DNA of 64,000 nucleotides from Candidatus Staskawiczbacteria bacterium (GTDB lineage: Bacteria; Patescibacteriota; Minisyncoccia; Minisyncoccales; Staskawiczbacteraceae), in the NCBI GenBank assembly GCA_903845295.1, contig CAIMWV010000027.1, positions 8,819 through 72,818 of the forward strand, given 5' to 3'. The translations under genes and the position numbers were made by a program. The stretch's first letter is position 1; each line of letters starts with the position of its first letter. The notes under the pieces were generated by a model. The model worked only from the letters and a program-made list of their open reading frames with translations, was not told the origin of the DNA and searched no databases. Below are positions 25,268-34,716 of this stretch, piece by piece.

Positions 25268-26674
25268 ATGCAAAGATTTTTAATAAAAGACACTGCAAAA
25301 CACATCGGAGAAAAGGTCAGGGTTTGCGGATGGGTGAACACAAGAAGAGCCCATGGTAAAATCTTGTTTATTGACCTGCGGGATATCAGCGGAATCCTAC
25401 AGGTTGTTTTTGTGCCTTCGAATAAGGAGGTTTATGATATGGCCCAAACTTTGAGGGCGGAATGGGTTGTAGAAATTATCGGGCAAATTGTAAAAAGGCC
25501 GGAAAATATGGTCAACCCGAAAATTGAAACGGGTAAGGTGGAGCTTTCAGTGGAAAGCCTAAAAGTTTTATCAGAATCGGAAACCCTGCCACTATCCATT
25601 GAAGGAGACGGTTACGATATTGGCGAGGAAACGAGAATGAAATACAGATATTTAGATTTACGAAGAGAGCGGATGAAAAATAATCTTATTGTGCGACATA
25701 AAGTGATAAAATTTATCAGAGATTTTTTGGATAAAGAAGGTTTTGCTGAAATTGAAACGCCAATTTTAACTAAATCAACGCCAGAAGGAGCAAGGGATTA
25801 TATCGTGCCTTCGCGCCAAGAACCGGGTAAATTTTATGCTCTTCCGCAATCGCCGCAGCAATACAAACAATTATTAATGGTTGCAGGCCTGGAAAAATAT
25901 TTTCAGATGGCAAAATGTTTAAGAGATGAAGACCCGAGAGGGGACAGACAGCCGGAATTTACCCAACTCGATCTTGAAGCAAGTTTTGTAAGCCAGGAAG
26001 ATGTTATGGATTTAACAGAACGTCTTTTAATTTTAATCGTGCAGAATTTATTTCCGAATAAAAAAATACAGGAAATTCCGTTTCCGAGGATAAGTTATAA
26101 AGACGCGATGAAAAAGTATAATTCAGATAAGCCGGATATCAGGAAGGATAAAAACGACAAAAACCTTCTGGCATTTTGCTGGGTCATTGATTTTCCATTT
26201 TTTGAGAAAACAGAAGAGGGCGGATGGACTTTCACACACAACCCGTTTTCAGCTGCCAAACCGGAATTTGATGAAGATCTGTTGAACAAGAAAAATATAG
26301 AGAACATTTTAACCAGCCAATACGATGTTGCGCTAAACGGCTTTGAAATAGGCGGGGGGTCTATCCGAAACCACAGGCCCGAGGCTCTTGAAAAGGTTTT
26401 TGAAATAATGGGGTATAAAAAAGAGGTAATACATGAAAAATTCGGGCATATGATGGAGGCCTTTAAATATGGAGCTCCTCCTCACGGAGGGATTGCTTGG
26501 GGTATAGACAGGGTTTTTGCTTTATTATTTGAAGAGCCGAATATAAGGGAAGTTATGGCGTTTCCTAAAACCGGAGACGGCAGAGATCTTATGATGAAAG
26601 CACCTTCTGAGGTTGATAAAAAACAATTGAAGGAATTACATATAAGCATAACAAAAGAAAAAAAGAAAAAATAA
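25268..26674 (+). CDS. aspS: aspartate--tRNA ligase (short form without GAD insertion)
   Basis: FYALPQSPQQYKQLLMVAG and CLRDEDPRGDRQPEFTQLDLE class II motifs; 468 aa. Confidence 0.9.
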   Translation: MQRFLIKDTAKHIGEKVRVCGWVNTRRAHGKILFIDLRDISGILQVVFVPSNKEVYDMAQTLRAEWVVEIIGQIVKRPENMVNPKIETGKVELSVESLKVLSESETLPLSIEGDGYDIGEETRMKYRYLDLRRERMKNNLIVRHKVIKFIRDFLDKEGFAEIETPILTKSTPEGARDYIVPSRQEPGKFYALPQSPQQYKQLLMVAGLEKYFQMAKCLRDEDPRGDRQPEFTQLDLEASFVSQEDVMDLTERLLILIVQNLFPNKKIQEIPFPRISYKDAMKKYNSDKPDIRKDKNDKNLLAFCWVIDFPFFEKTEEGGWTFTHNPFSAAKPEFDEDLLNKKNIENILTSQYDVALNGFEIGGGSIRNHRPEALEKVFEIMGYKKEVIHEKFGHMMEAFKYGAPPHGGIAWGIDRVFALLFEEPNIREVMAFPKTGDGRDLMMKAPSEVDKKQLKELHISITKEKKKK

Positions 26675-27651
26675 TGAACCTAAAGCGCGCTGTCGGAGGA
26701 TTTTTATTATCGTTTGTGTTTTTAGTATTTTTTGCATATATGCTTTCCGGCGTTAAATGGATTCTTTTGAATTACATACAAATTCCAGGCGAATCAGTGC
26801 AAAGCACAAACAGTATAAATGAAGAAGCGGCTTTGGGAAGCATTTCTGCAGGCGTTCAAAATGTTATACAGCAAAATACTGCTCAAAATATTATCCAACC
26901 CGCTGTTGAGCCGCAAATAATTACCAAACCGGAAATTAATGCAAAATCCGCAATTTCGGTTCAAAGCAGCCTCCAGGATATAAATAAAACTATTTTTGAA
27001 AAGGATAGCAATATACGGCTACCGATCGCCAGCCTTACTAAACTGATGACAGCAGTTGTTGTTTTAGATAATTATAATTTATCAACTATTTTGCAGGTAG
27101 ATAAAATTGCTGATTCGCAGGATCCCTTAAAACAGGACGTAAAACTGGGCGATATAATGACAGTGGAAAACTTTTTAGACATAATGATGGTTGGTTCTTC
27201 CAACAAGTCAGCGTATGCTTTGTCTGAGTTGGCCGGGGAGCAAAAATTTGTGACCCTAATGAACCAAAAAGCGAAAGATTTAAGCATGCAAGACACCTTT
27301 TTTGCCGATCCTACTGGTTTGAGCTCAAGAGATGTTTCCACAGCGGAAGATTTAGCAAGGCTTGCTGATCATATTTTGAAAAATTATCCTAAAATAGCTG
27401 ACATAAGCAAACTGAAGGAGCTTTATGTGCCAGGGTTTGGAAATGTAGAGAATACAGATCAGCTTTTAGGCGAGATTCCTGATATAATCTGCAGTAAAAC
27501 CGGCTTTACTGCAGATGCTAAAGGGTGCCTGCTTCTGGTGATAAATAATCCTAATAATAATGATTATTTAATCAACGTAATTTTAGGGGCTGATGACAGA
27601 TTTTCTGAGATGAAAAAATTAATTAATTATTCAAATGCGACGTGCAAATAA
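26674..27651 (+). CDS. D-alanyl-D-alanine carboxypeptidase (PBP5-like)
   Basis: SxxK (ASLTKLMT), SxN (GSSNKS), KTG (SKTGFT). Confidence 0.8.
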   Translation: MNLKRAVGGFLLSFVFLVFFAYMLSGVKWILLNYIQIPGESVQSTNSINEEAALGSISAGVQNVIQQNTAQNIIQPAVEPQIITKPEINAKSAISVQSSLQDINKTIFEKDSNIRLPIASLTKLMTAVVVLDNYNLSTILQVDKIADSQDPLKQDVKLGDIMTVENFLDIMMVGSSNKSAYALSELAGEQKFVTLMNQKAKDLSMQDTFFADPTGLSSRDVSTAEDLARLADHILKNYPKIADISKLKELYVPGFGNVENTDQLLGEIPDIICSKTGFTADAKGCLLLVINNPNNNDYLINVILGADDRFSEMKKLINYSNATCK

Positions 27652-27668
27652 CAGATTATAATTAACAG

Positions 27669-28730
27669 ATGACAATACTCACCTTTAATGTTATCAAGGT
27701 TTTCATTCTGGCGGCTGTTGCTTCGGCTATAGCTATTTTTTGGTGTCCGCTGCTGACGCATTTTTTGTACAAACATAAATTCTGGAAAAAAAGCGCGAGG
27801 CAGAAAGCAATTTCTGGCGAAGATGCAGTTGTTTTTAATCATCTACACAAGGAAAAGGAAGTCGGCACGCCCCGCATGGGAGGTCTTCTTGTTTGGCTCA
27901 CAGTTATTTTTATTATTTTTTTGTTTTTTATATTATCTTTAATCTTTCCAAATACATGGCTGGCTAATTTTAATTTTTTATCAAGGGGCCAGACATGGCT
28001 GCCGCTTTTTACATTAATTGTTGCATCATTTGTAGGATTAATAGATGATATTTTAGTTGTTAAGGGCTGGGGGAAATATATTGGCGGGGGAATCTCTTTT
28101 AAAAAGCGGGCATTGCTTGTAATTTTAATCGGCCTCATCGGGAGCATCTGGTTTTACCAAAAGTTAGGGTGGGATACGGTTTATATTCCTTTTTTTGGCG
28201 ACTTGTCCATTGGATTGTGGTATATTCCTTTATTTATTTTAGTGACCGTTGCCTGCTGGTCCGGCGGCATAATAGACGGCTTAGACGGCCTTGCCGGAGG
28301 AACCTTTGCATCGATTTTCGGTGCGTTCACTATAATAGCTTTTTCTTTAGGCAAAATTGATCTGGCGGCCTTCTGCGCAGTTGTTGCAGGAACCTTGTTT
28401 GCTTTTTTATGGTTTAATATTCCTCCTGCCAGATTTTATATGGGGGAGACGGGCATACTTGGATTGACAACCGTGCTGTCTGTCATAGCTTTTTTAACTG
28501 ATTCTGTTTATGTTTTGCCCGTAATCGCCGGTCTTTTAGTGATTGAAGTTTTGTCTGTAATAATCCAGCTTTTATCCAAAAAATTCAGGAAGAAAAAAGT
28601 ATTCCTTTCAACGCCGATTCATCACCATTTCGAGGCTATTGGCTGGCCCTCATACAAAGTAACAATGCGAGCCTGGATTATAGGTATAGTATTGGCCTTC
28701 GTAGGCGTTGCGATAAGGCTGCTGAGATAA
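27669..28730 (+). CDS. mraY: phospho-N-acetylmuramoyl-pentapeptide transferase
   Basis: GLIDDILVVKG, DGLDGLAGG, polytopic membrane protein. Confidence 0.9.
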   Translation: MTILTFNVIKVFILAAVASAIAIFWCPLLTHFLYKHKFWKKSARQKAISGEDAVVFNHLHKEKEVGTPRMGGLLVWLTVIFIIFLFFILSLIFPNTWLANFNFLSRGQTWLPLFTLIVASFVGLIDDILVVKGWGKYIGGGISFKKRALLVILIGLIGSIWFYQKLGWDTVYIPFFGDLSIGLWYIPLFILVTVACWSGGIIDGLDGLAGGTFASIFGAFTIIAFSLGKIDLAAFCAVVAGTLFAFLWFNIPPARFYMGETGILGLTTVLSVIAFLTDSVYVLPVIAGLLVIEVLSVIIQLLSKKFRKKKVFLSTPIHHHFEAIGWPSYKVTMRAWIIGIVLAFVGVAIRLLR

Positions 28731-28780
28731 GTAATTCTTGTTCCATCTTATTTTTTTATTTCTGTATATTTGTCCAAAAA

Positions 28781-29656
28781 ATGCCTGAATATATGCAAAG
28801 AAAAACTTTATGTCAAAGAGGGTTACTATGTTTAAAAAACCATGGTTTTTTTTGGTGTGCTAAACAACGTGTAGGTTTATTAAAGGAAAAATTAGGAAAC
28901 TTATATAAATATGGAACATTTGATATATTTAATAATAGAATTTGTATCGAAACTATTACTGCTTGTAACAGAAAATGTTATTATTGTCCTAATTCAATAT
29001 ACGATAGAGGACTAATACAAAATCTTAAAAAAATGGACACAGATTTATTTTATAAAATCATAGATGAATTAGCTGAGCTAAAATGGAATGGTGAAGTTGC
29101 TCCCATTCGCTATGGCGAACCGTTATTAGACGATCGCATGCCGGTTTTGATTAAATATACACGGGATAAATTACCAAATTCTAGGATTTACCTTTATACA
29201 AATGGAGATTTATTAACCGTTGATTTGTATAAAAAATTGATACTGGCAGGCGTTAACGTTTTTGCTGTAACCAAGCACCCCGGTGGCGAGCATGAAAATG
29301 TTGAAAAAGTCATTCTGTATCGTAGCTCATATGGTAATAACGGCGTTGAAGTACGCTACAACACTTTAACGAACATATTTAACCGAGGTGGCATAGTGGA
29401 AGTTAGTGAAGAAATTGACAAGACGGATGCTTGTAGAGACCAGCTACAGCAAGTTATTGTTGATTATGCAGGAAATATCGTATTTTGTTGCAATGATTAT
29501 TTTACATCTCTTAAACTCGGAAATATAAGGACCGAAAAGTTAATAGACATATGGAAAAAGCCATTTTATAAACAATTGAGAAAAGATATTAAAAATGGTA
29601 TTTATAAATTAGATATATGTAAGAAATGTAAAGTAGGCCGACCTTTATCTCTGTAA
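28781..29656 (+). CDS. radical SAM protein with C-terminal Cys-rich (SPASM/twitch-like) region
   Basis: CNRKCYYCPN (CxxxCxxC); C-terminal FCCNDY...CKKCKVG. Confidence 0.7.
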   Translation: MPEYMQRKTLCQRGLLCLKNHGFFWCAKQRVGLLKEKLGNLYKYGTFDIFNNRICIETITACNRKCYYCPNSIYDRGLIQNLKKMDTDLFYKIIDELAELKWNGEVAPIRYGEPLLDDRMPVLIKYTRDKLPNSRIYLYTNGDLLTVDLYKKLILAGVNVFAVTKHPGGEHENVEKVILYRSSYGNNGVEVRYNTLTNIFNRGGIVEVSEEIDKTDACRDQLQQVIVDYAGNIVFCCNDYFTSLKLGNIRTEKLIDIWKKPFYKQLRKDIKNGIYKLDICKKCKVGRPLSL

Positions 29657-29706
29657 AAGATGGGGGTTGCAGATTAAAGAGTTGATATAAAAAGAGCTTA
29701 TTTGGG

Positions 29707-29760
29707 ATTATCGGCATTGTTTTGGCCTTCGTAGGCGTTGCGATAAGGCTGCTGAGATAA
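29707..29760 (+). pseudogene. orphan duplicate of mraY 3' end
   Basis: Encodes IIGIVLAFVGVAIRLLR*. The last 39 nt (29722-29760) are identical to 28692-28730; the 15 nt before differ only synonymously. Confidence 0.8.
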
Positions 29761-29803
29761 ACAACTTGAAGAAAGCCTTAAAATAAGTATAATCAAAAAG
29801 TAC

Positions 29804-29874
29804 GGGCCCATAGTAAACCGGTATTACGCCTCCATGGCATGGAGGAAGACGGGGTTCAATTCCCCGTGGGTCCA
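29804..29874 (+). tRNA. tRNA-Ala (anticodon GGC)
   Basis: Cloverleaf folded by hand: acceptor GGGCCCA/TGGGTCC with G3:U70, anticodon loop aTGGCat, T-arm cgggg-TTCAATT-ccccg; no encoded CCA. Confidence 0.85.
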
Positions 29875-29878
29875 CTGC

Positions 29879-29915
29879 CTAAAATACCTCAGTAAATGAG
29901 GTATTTTAGCTGTTT
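29879..29915 (+). terminator. intrinsic terminator after tRNA
   Basis: 13-bp stem ctaaaatacctca/tgaggtattttag, then ctgtttt. Confidence 0.6.
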
Positions 29916-30044
29916 TAAGACATCTCTTTGCCCTTTTTTACCCCTATAGATATCCTACATATTTAATCGCCCAGCTATTGACTTATTTTATTTAAAATGA
30001 TAGAATATAGTATTAGTTAAAAACCTTTAATTACAGTCAAAAAT

Positions 30045-31361
30045 ATGCAAAATATGCAAACAATGAAAAAATTAATTATTACAGGCATCTTCTTATCAAT
30101 GATGTTTGTTTTGGCGTTAACAATGCCTGGCACTGTCCATGCACAATATGGATGCACCTCGAACTACCAAGAGAGATGTTCGGGAAATAATTTGTATTGG
30201 TACGACTCATGCGGTAACCAGCAAAATCTTGTCCAATATTGCCAGAACGGCTGCTACAATAACTCATGCCAGAACAATTACAACAATTACAACAATTACG
30301 GTAATTGCACCTATCACGCCTATAAACTTTGCGTGGGAAATAACATTTACTGGTATGACTCATGCCAAAACCAGCAAGACCTATATTATAACTGCACTAA
30401 CAATGGCCAGGTCTGCCAGTATGGCCAATGCACTGCATATATTCAGCCAATCCAGCCCGTAAATAATTATCCCATTAATACTTATACGGCATACTACAGA
30501 ACATCGTGCAGCGGCGATTCTATCGTTTGGTATGACTCGCTCGGAGTACGCAGCGGCTTATATAAAAATTGCACCGATAATAACAGCTGTACACTAGACA
30601 CGTGTTCTGGCAACAAATGCTTAAATACAATAAAATGCGATGGATCCACCTGTGCCGTCGGCACTGCTGACTACAATATCTACTGTGGAACTACGCCGGC
30701 GAATACAACTGCGCCGACGGACAGTCAAAACCATTGTGGCAACGGATTATGCGAAACTACTTTAGGAGAAACATCGGACAACTGTCCAAACGATTGTAAA
30801 TTAAATACGAATGCGGCCGCAAGTGCATTGTCAATTTCGTTATTTGCCAAAAAAGACTCTGGTTCTAATCAATGGCAAAAAACGGCCCAAGTCGGCCCTA
30901 ACAGCCAGGTTTATTTTATGATTTCTGCGACAAACACTTCAACAACTCCAATCGATAATGTAAGTGTTTCAGCTAATATTCCAAGTGAAATTTCTTCTTT
31001 GGGAAATTTGCAGGTTAACGGAGTTGCAGTTTCCGGAGATATAGTTTCAGGAATTAATATCGGCTCTGTCGCTCCGGCAAGCGCAAAATTAGTTACTTTT
31101 GAAGGGAAAACACAAACTATTTCAGCGGCCGGAGCAAAACAAGCAACTGCAACAAGCAATGTTTCAGGAGCCACAACACATTCAGATTCTGTTTCGATAA
31201 ATTTTAATCCTGCCCAGGCAGCTGCCGCAATTTCTAATACTCCTGCAGCGACAACCGGTTTTTGGGGATTTTTAAAACGCTGGTATTTATGGATTTTAGG
31301 AGGCCTTGTGCTGATATTCCTGTTCATTGTCGTGTTCAAACGACTTTCTTCCGACGTATAA
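30045..31361 (+). CDS. Cys-rich repeat surface protein with C-terminal TM anchor
   Basis: Signal peptide; three repeats of C..G(N/D)..(Y/V)WYDS(C/L)..Q..(Y/N)C; Thr/Ala-rich linker; C-terminal WYLWILGGLVLIFLFIVVF. Confidence 0.6.
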   Translation: MQNMQTMKKLIITGIFLSMMFVLALTMPGTVHAQYGCTSNYQERCSGNNLYWYDSCGNQQNLVQYCQNGCYNNSCQNNYNNYNNYGNCTYHAYKLCVGNNIYWYDSCQNQQDLYYNCTNNGQVCQYGQCTAYIQPIQPVNNYPINTYTAYYRTSCSGDSIVWYDSLGVRSGLYKNCTDNNSCTLDTCSGNKCLNTIKCDGSTCAVGTADYNIYCGTTPANTTAPTDSQNHCGNGLCETTLGETSDNCPNDCKLNTNAAASALSISLFAKKDSGSNQWQKTAQVGPNSQVYFMISATNTSTTPIDNVSVSANIPSEISSLGNLQVNGVAVSGDIVSGINIGSVAPASAKLVTFEGKTQTISAAGAKQATATSNVSGATTHSDSVSINFNPAQAAAAISNTPAATTGFWGFLKRWYLWILGGLVLIFLFIVVFKRLSSDV

Positions 31362-31382
31362 AAATTTAACAAACAAACAATC

Positions 31383-31408
31383 AAAAAGCCCCGGAAACAG
31401 GGCTTTTT
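31383..31408. terminator. bidirectional terminator
   Basis: aaaaagccc-N8-gggcttttt between convergent genes. Confidence 0.55.
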
Positions 31409-31454
31409 GATTGTTATCAGAACAATAAAAAACCGCAACATGTTTTGTGCGGTG

Positions 31455-33065
31455 TCACTCGGCAACTTCTGCCAAGCGAAGCAATCTCTCCTTCCTGAGT
31501 TCATGCGCCAAGTCTTTCGGAAAGCGCAGCTTCTCGGTGGAATATATATAAAGGAAAAATGGCTGAGCGGTTCGGGTTATCGCCCTGATCTCTTCAGCCT
31601 CTTTTGGCCGAGCTTCTGGAAAAGCCATTGCCCTCCCGTTTTCCCAAACCATGAAATCAGACAACCCGGAACTTTTATTAAGTTTGGACTCATCTAGGTG
31701 TATCATGATATCCGAATCCTTCAGCAGTTCTCTTTCCCTGTCATGGGCTTCCTTGATCGTGCCGAATCTTTCAATCCTCGGATTCAGGTCATTGCTGACC
31801 GAGTTAAGAAAGAAATACTGCCCGATTACTTTATCCATTATTTCCATGAGGCGTTGGTCGCCGATGGCAAGCAGCTCTTTGAGCGTTATTATCTTTTTAT
31901 GGAAAAGATATTTTGCCAAAACTTTTATAAGGCCGTCTTCTAAAAAGCGGCTGGCCGGATTGTAGTAAAGCGTACGGAACATCAAAGCCCGGAGCTTCAG
32001 AAAATCAGCCAGGCGATCGGCATCGTCAATCACCAGCATACTGTCGCGTATATGCGCGCAGTCCCAGATACTGCAGATAAGCGGATTAACCTTTAGCATT
32101 TCCCGTATCCGCCTGAATTCGTAGCAGAACGGTATGTCGTCGCGCTCGGAATTCTGGTTCAGAAGATACTCAACGTCGCGCGCTGTGTAAGAGACCTTGT
32201 CGGCAAGATCTAAAATCCTGCCCATTGCTCCTTTTTGCATGATTACGGAACAAAGAGCTTCCTGGTTAATGCCGTATTTCCGCCGGAATTCCTTGAACCC
32301 GGCGGTAGAGAATTTCTCATCATAATGGCGGTCTTCGTCAAACAGTTCCGGATCAACGGCTTTCATTGTATCCCCGCCGGCCGGAGTCCTCCAATCGTGG
32401 CTGAATGCGGCGGTTTTCAGGGTAAGCAGTTCCTGCCCGGACAAGCCGTTATTCAGGCCGATCAATGTGGCCAAAACCCCGACATCTATGCTGTGCAGAA
32501 ACCTTGTGTGGCAAAAAGTGCTCGCATAGGTCGGAAGTTCTTTTTGCCTGATTACCGGATCGTGCAGGAAGCCAAGCTGTTTTATTCCGTTAAGCCGCCA
32601 AAGGTCAAATGTAGTGCAAACGTCATGGATAAATCCGCCGTCTTTGGTGAGATAGCCGATTCCGGTAAGTTCAAAACCCGGAACAATCAGATCTGTTTCA
32701 ATCGGCGCATCCTGGATCCAGTACTCCCAACGCACTGGAACCTTCTGGCGCGCTGAAAGTTTGTTCATCCAGCCAGGCTCCTGGCCGGAGTGAGAATTGC
32801 GGTATTCTGAATACATGACCCGCAAAAAATGCATAGACGCCATTTCTAATGCCGGCATCATGAAATCAGGCAGCTCAATATGGTGGTTTTTGCACATCTG
32901 CAAAAACCAATCCTGTTTACAAATCAGGGCGCTCTTTGGCCCGACCTTCTGCGAACGGGGCCAATCCGGCATGATAACCAAGTCTTCAATCACATGCTCT
33001 TGCGGGCCTGTGATTATTTCTTGCGCATTGTATTTCACAAGCCCTCCTTTCCTCCCGTGGCTCAC
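31455..33065 (-). CDS. HD-domain phosphohydrolase (dNTPase/SAMHD1-like) (GC-rich)
   Basis: HTRFLHSIDVG and AAFSHDWRTPAGGD resemble the H..HD metal motifs; GTG start. Confidence 0.65.
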   Translation of the reverse strand: MSHGRKGGLVKYNAQEIITGPQEHVIEDLVIMPDWPRSQKVGPKSALICKQDWFLQMCKNHHIELPDFMMPALEMASMHFLRVMYSEYRNSHSGQEPGWMNKLSARQKVPVRWEYWIQDAPIETDLIVPGFELTGIGYLTKDGGFIHDVCTTFDLWRLNGIKQLGFLHDPVIRQKELPTYASTFCHTRFLHSIDVGVLATLIGLNNGLSGQELLTLKTAAFSHDWRTPAGGDTMKAVDPELFDEDRHYDEKFSTAGFKEFRRKYGINQEALCSVIMQKGAMGRILDLADKVSYTARDVEYLLNQNSERDDIPFCYEFRRIREMLKVNPLICSIWDCAHIRDSMLVIDDADRLADFLKLRALMFRTLYYNPASRFLEDGLIKVLAKYLFHKKIITLKELLAIGDQRLMEIMDKVIGQYFFLNSVSNDLNPRIERFGTIKEAHDRERELLKDSDIMIHLDESKLNKSSGLSDFMVWENGRAMAFPEARPKEAEEIRAITRTAQPFFLYIYSTEKLRFPKDLAHELRKERLLRLAEVAE

Positions 33066-33180
33066 TGTTTTATGTTATCAAGGTGCCCAGGATTTCAGCT
33101 TAATACAAGAATCTCTAAAAATCAAACAAAAAAAAGCCTGCCAATCTGACAGACCTGCTTTCTTATATATTCGAGGGATT

Positions 33181-33381
33181 CTAAATGTTTTCGGTTTCCG
33201 GCTGTCTGGACTTTTCCAGCTTGTCCAACAGCATAATTACCGCCAAAGCCAATACGGCTGTAAGGAATCCTGTCACGAATCCGAACACGAAGCCGAACTT
33301 GGATCCTGAAAGGACGCCTGTTATCAATCCTTGTAACAGGACGATAACCAGCATGTATTGAAAACCTATCGTTTTCGGCAT
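33181..33381 (-). CDS. small 2-TM membrane protein
   Basis: 66 aa, two hydrophobic helices, gggaggg SD upstream. Confidence 0.45.
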   Translation of the reverse strand: MPKTIGFQYMLVIVLLQGLITGVLSGSKFGFVFGFVTGFLTAVLALAVIMLLDKLEKSRQPETENI

Positions 33382-33562
33382 TATCTTCGCCCTCCCGTTT
33401 GGGTTGCCAATGTTCCACGTTTTTTAGTATATACTATTATTTTTAATATGTCAACTATTTGAGTTTCCTTTGAAATCGGTTATACTAAAGTATTCCGTAT
33501 AAAAAAACTGCCCGCCCTTCAAATGAGAAGAAGCGGGTCCTATCTTGGATCCCCGAAGGGAT

Positions 33563-33754
33563 TTACTTGCCCCGGCGCAATGCCAGGGACAGCCCCGCGA
33601 ACACCGTACCGGTGATGGCTATCCACACAATGTTAGTGTGGAGCGCGATCAGAAGCACGAGTCCTACGAGACTGACAACCCATAGGGCTGCCAGGATCCA
33701 GACGACCGCCGCCCAGACCCGAAGACCAAACATAAAAGCCTTTTCGATCGACAT
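33563..33754 (-). CDS. small 2-TM membrane protein (GC-rich)
   Basis: Start moved to M15 of the track ORF (ggaggtg SD 4 nt upstream). Confidence 0.45.
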   Translation of the reverse strand: MSIEKAFMFGLRVWAAVVWILAALWVVSLVGLVLLIALHTNIVWIAITGTVFAGLSLALRRGK

Positions 33755-33833
33755 GGTGCACCTCCACAGGGTTATTATTGGCGAAGAAAGAGCCAACTGC
33801 CAATGAATTGGCAGGCCAGGAACACAGTTGTTC

Positions 33834-33862
33834 TTGACAAATTAATCATAGCATATTATTAA
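33834..33862 (+). promoter_or_regulatory. sigma70-like promoter for murI
   Basis: TTGACA-17 nt-TATTAA. Confidence 0.5.
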
Positions 33863-33914
33863 ATAGTTGTCAAGTCCTTATCCATTATTTAAGGACGAGC
33901 TCAATAGCATAAAA

Positions 33915-34712
33915 ATGATAGGCATTTTTGATTCTGGCGTGGGTGGGCTGACAGTAGTGAAAGAAATCTTCAAATACCTGCCCGAATACCAGATAATTTA
34001 TTTCGGCGACACGGCAAGGCTTCCTTATGGAACAAAAGGGGCTAATTTTGTCAAAAAATATTCCGAAAAAATAACCCGGTGGCTTTTGGATAGGGGAGCC
34101 AAAATTATTGTCGTTGCCTGTAATACTTCCTCGGCCTGGGCGGCAGATTCTTTGAAAGAGAAGTTTCCTAATGTGCCGATTTTCGAAATGATAACTCCGG
34201 CCGTCAAAACAGCGGTTAAAATAACCAAAAACAAGAAAATCGGGATTATCGGCACGCCCGGAACTATAAAAAGCGGCGTTTATAAAAAGAAACTTTCAGA
34301 ACTGGACGGCGGATTGAAATTTTATTCCAAAGCGTGCCCATTATTCGTTCCGTTGGTTGAGGAGGGTTTGGTGGACGATAAGATTACAGAAGAGATTGCT
34401 AAAAGATATCTGGTAGAACTGAAAAAGGATAAAATTGATTCATTGATTTTAGGATGCACCCATTATCCTTTGTTGAAAAATACGATTGCCAAAGTTATGG
34501 GCAAGAAGGTAAATATAATCAATCCAGCTGAAGCCATCACCAAAGACTTGAAAGAATTTTTGAAAAAGAATCCCGCGATAGAACAAACGATAAAAAAGGG
34601 GAGCGATCACAAGTTTTTCTTTTCCGACGAGCCGTATAATTTCGAGAAAATCGGCCACCTATGCTTCAATAAAAAATTAAACCCTATAGTGGAAGATCCA
34701 TTCAATATCTAA
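33915..34712 (+). CDS. murI: glutamate racemase
   Basis: ATG at M17 of the track ORF; GIFDSGVGGLTV, VVACNTSSA, LGCTHYPLL. Confidence 0.9.
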   Translation: MIGIFDSGVGGLTVVKEIFKYLPEYQIIYFGDTARLPYGTKGANFVKKYSEKITRWLLDRGAKIIVVACNTSSAWAADSLKEKFPNVPIFEMITPAVKTAVKITKNKKIGIIGTPGTIKSGVYKKKLSELDGGLKFYSKACPLFVPLVEEGLVDDKITEEIAKRYLVELKKDKIDSLILGCTHYPLLKNTIAKVMGKKVNIINPAEAITKDLKEFLKKNPAIEQTIKKGSDHKFFFSDEPYNFEKIGHLCFNKKLNPIVEDPFNI

Positions 34713-34716
34713 TTAT

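Noticed and set aside
28781-31361. Radical SAM gene plus Cys-rich protein as a RiPP cluster
   Set aside because: The Cys-rich protein is 438 aa with a signal peptide and a membrane anchor, not a short precursor. A tRNA gene and terminator separate the two genes, and no peptidase or exporter lies adjacent.
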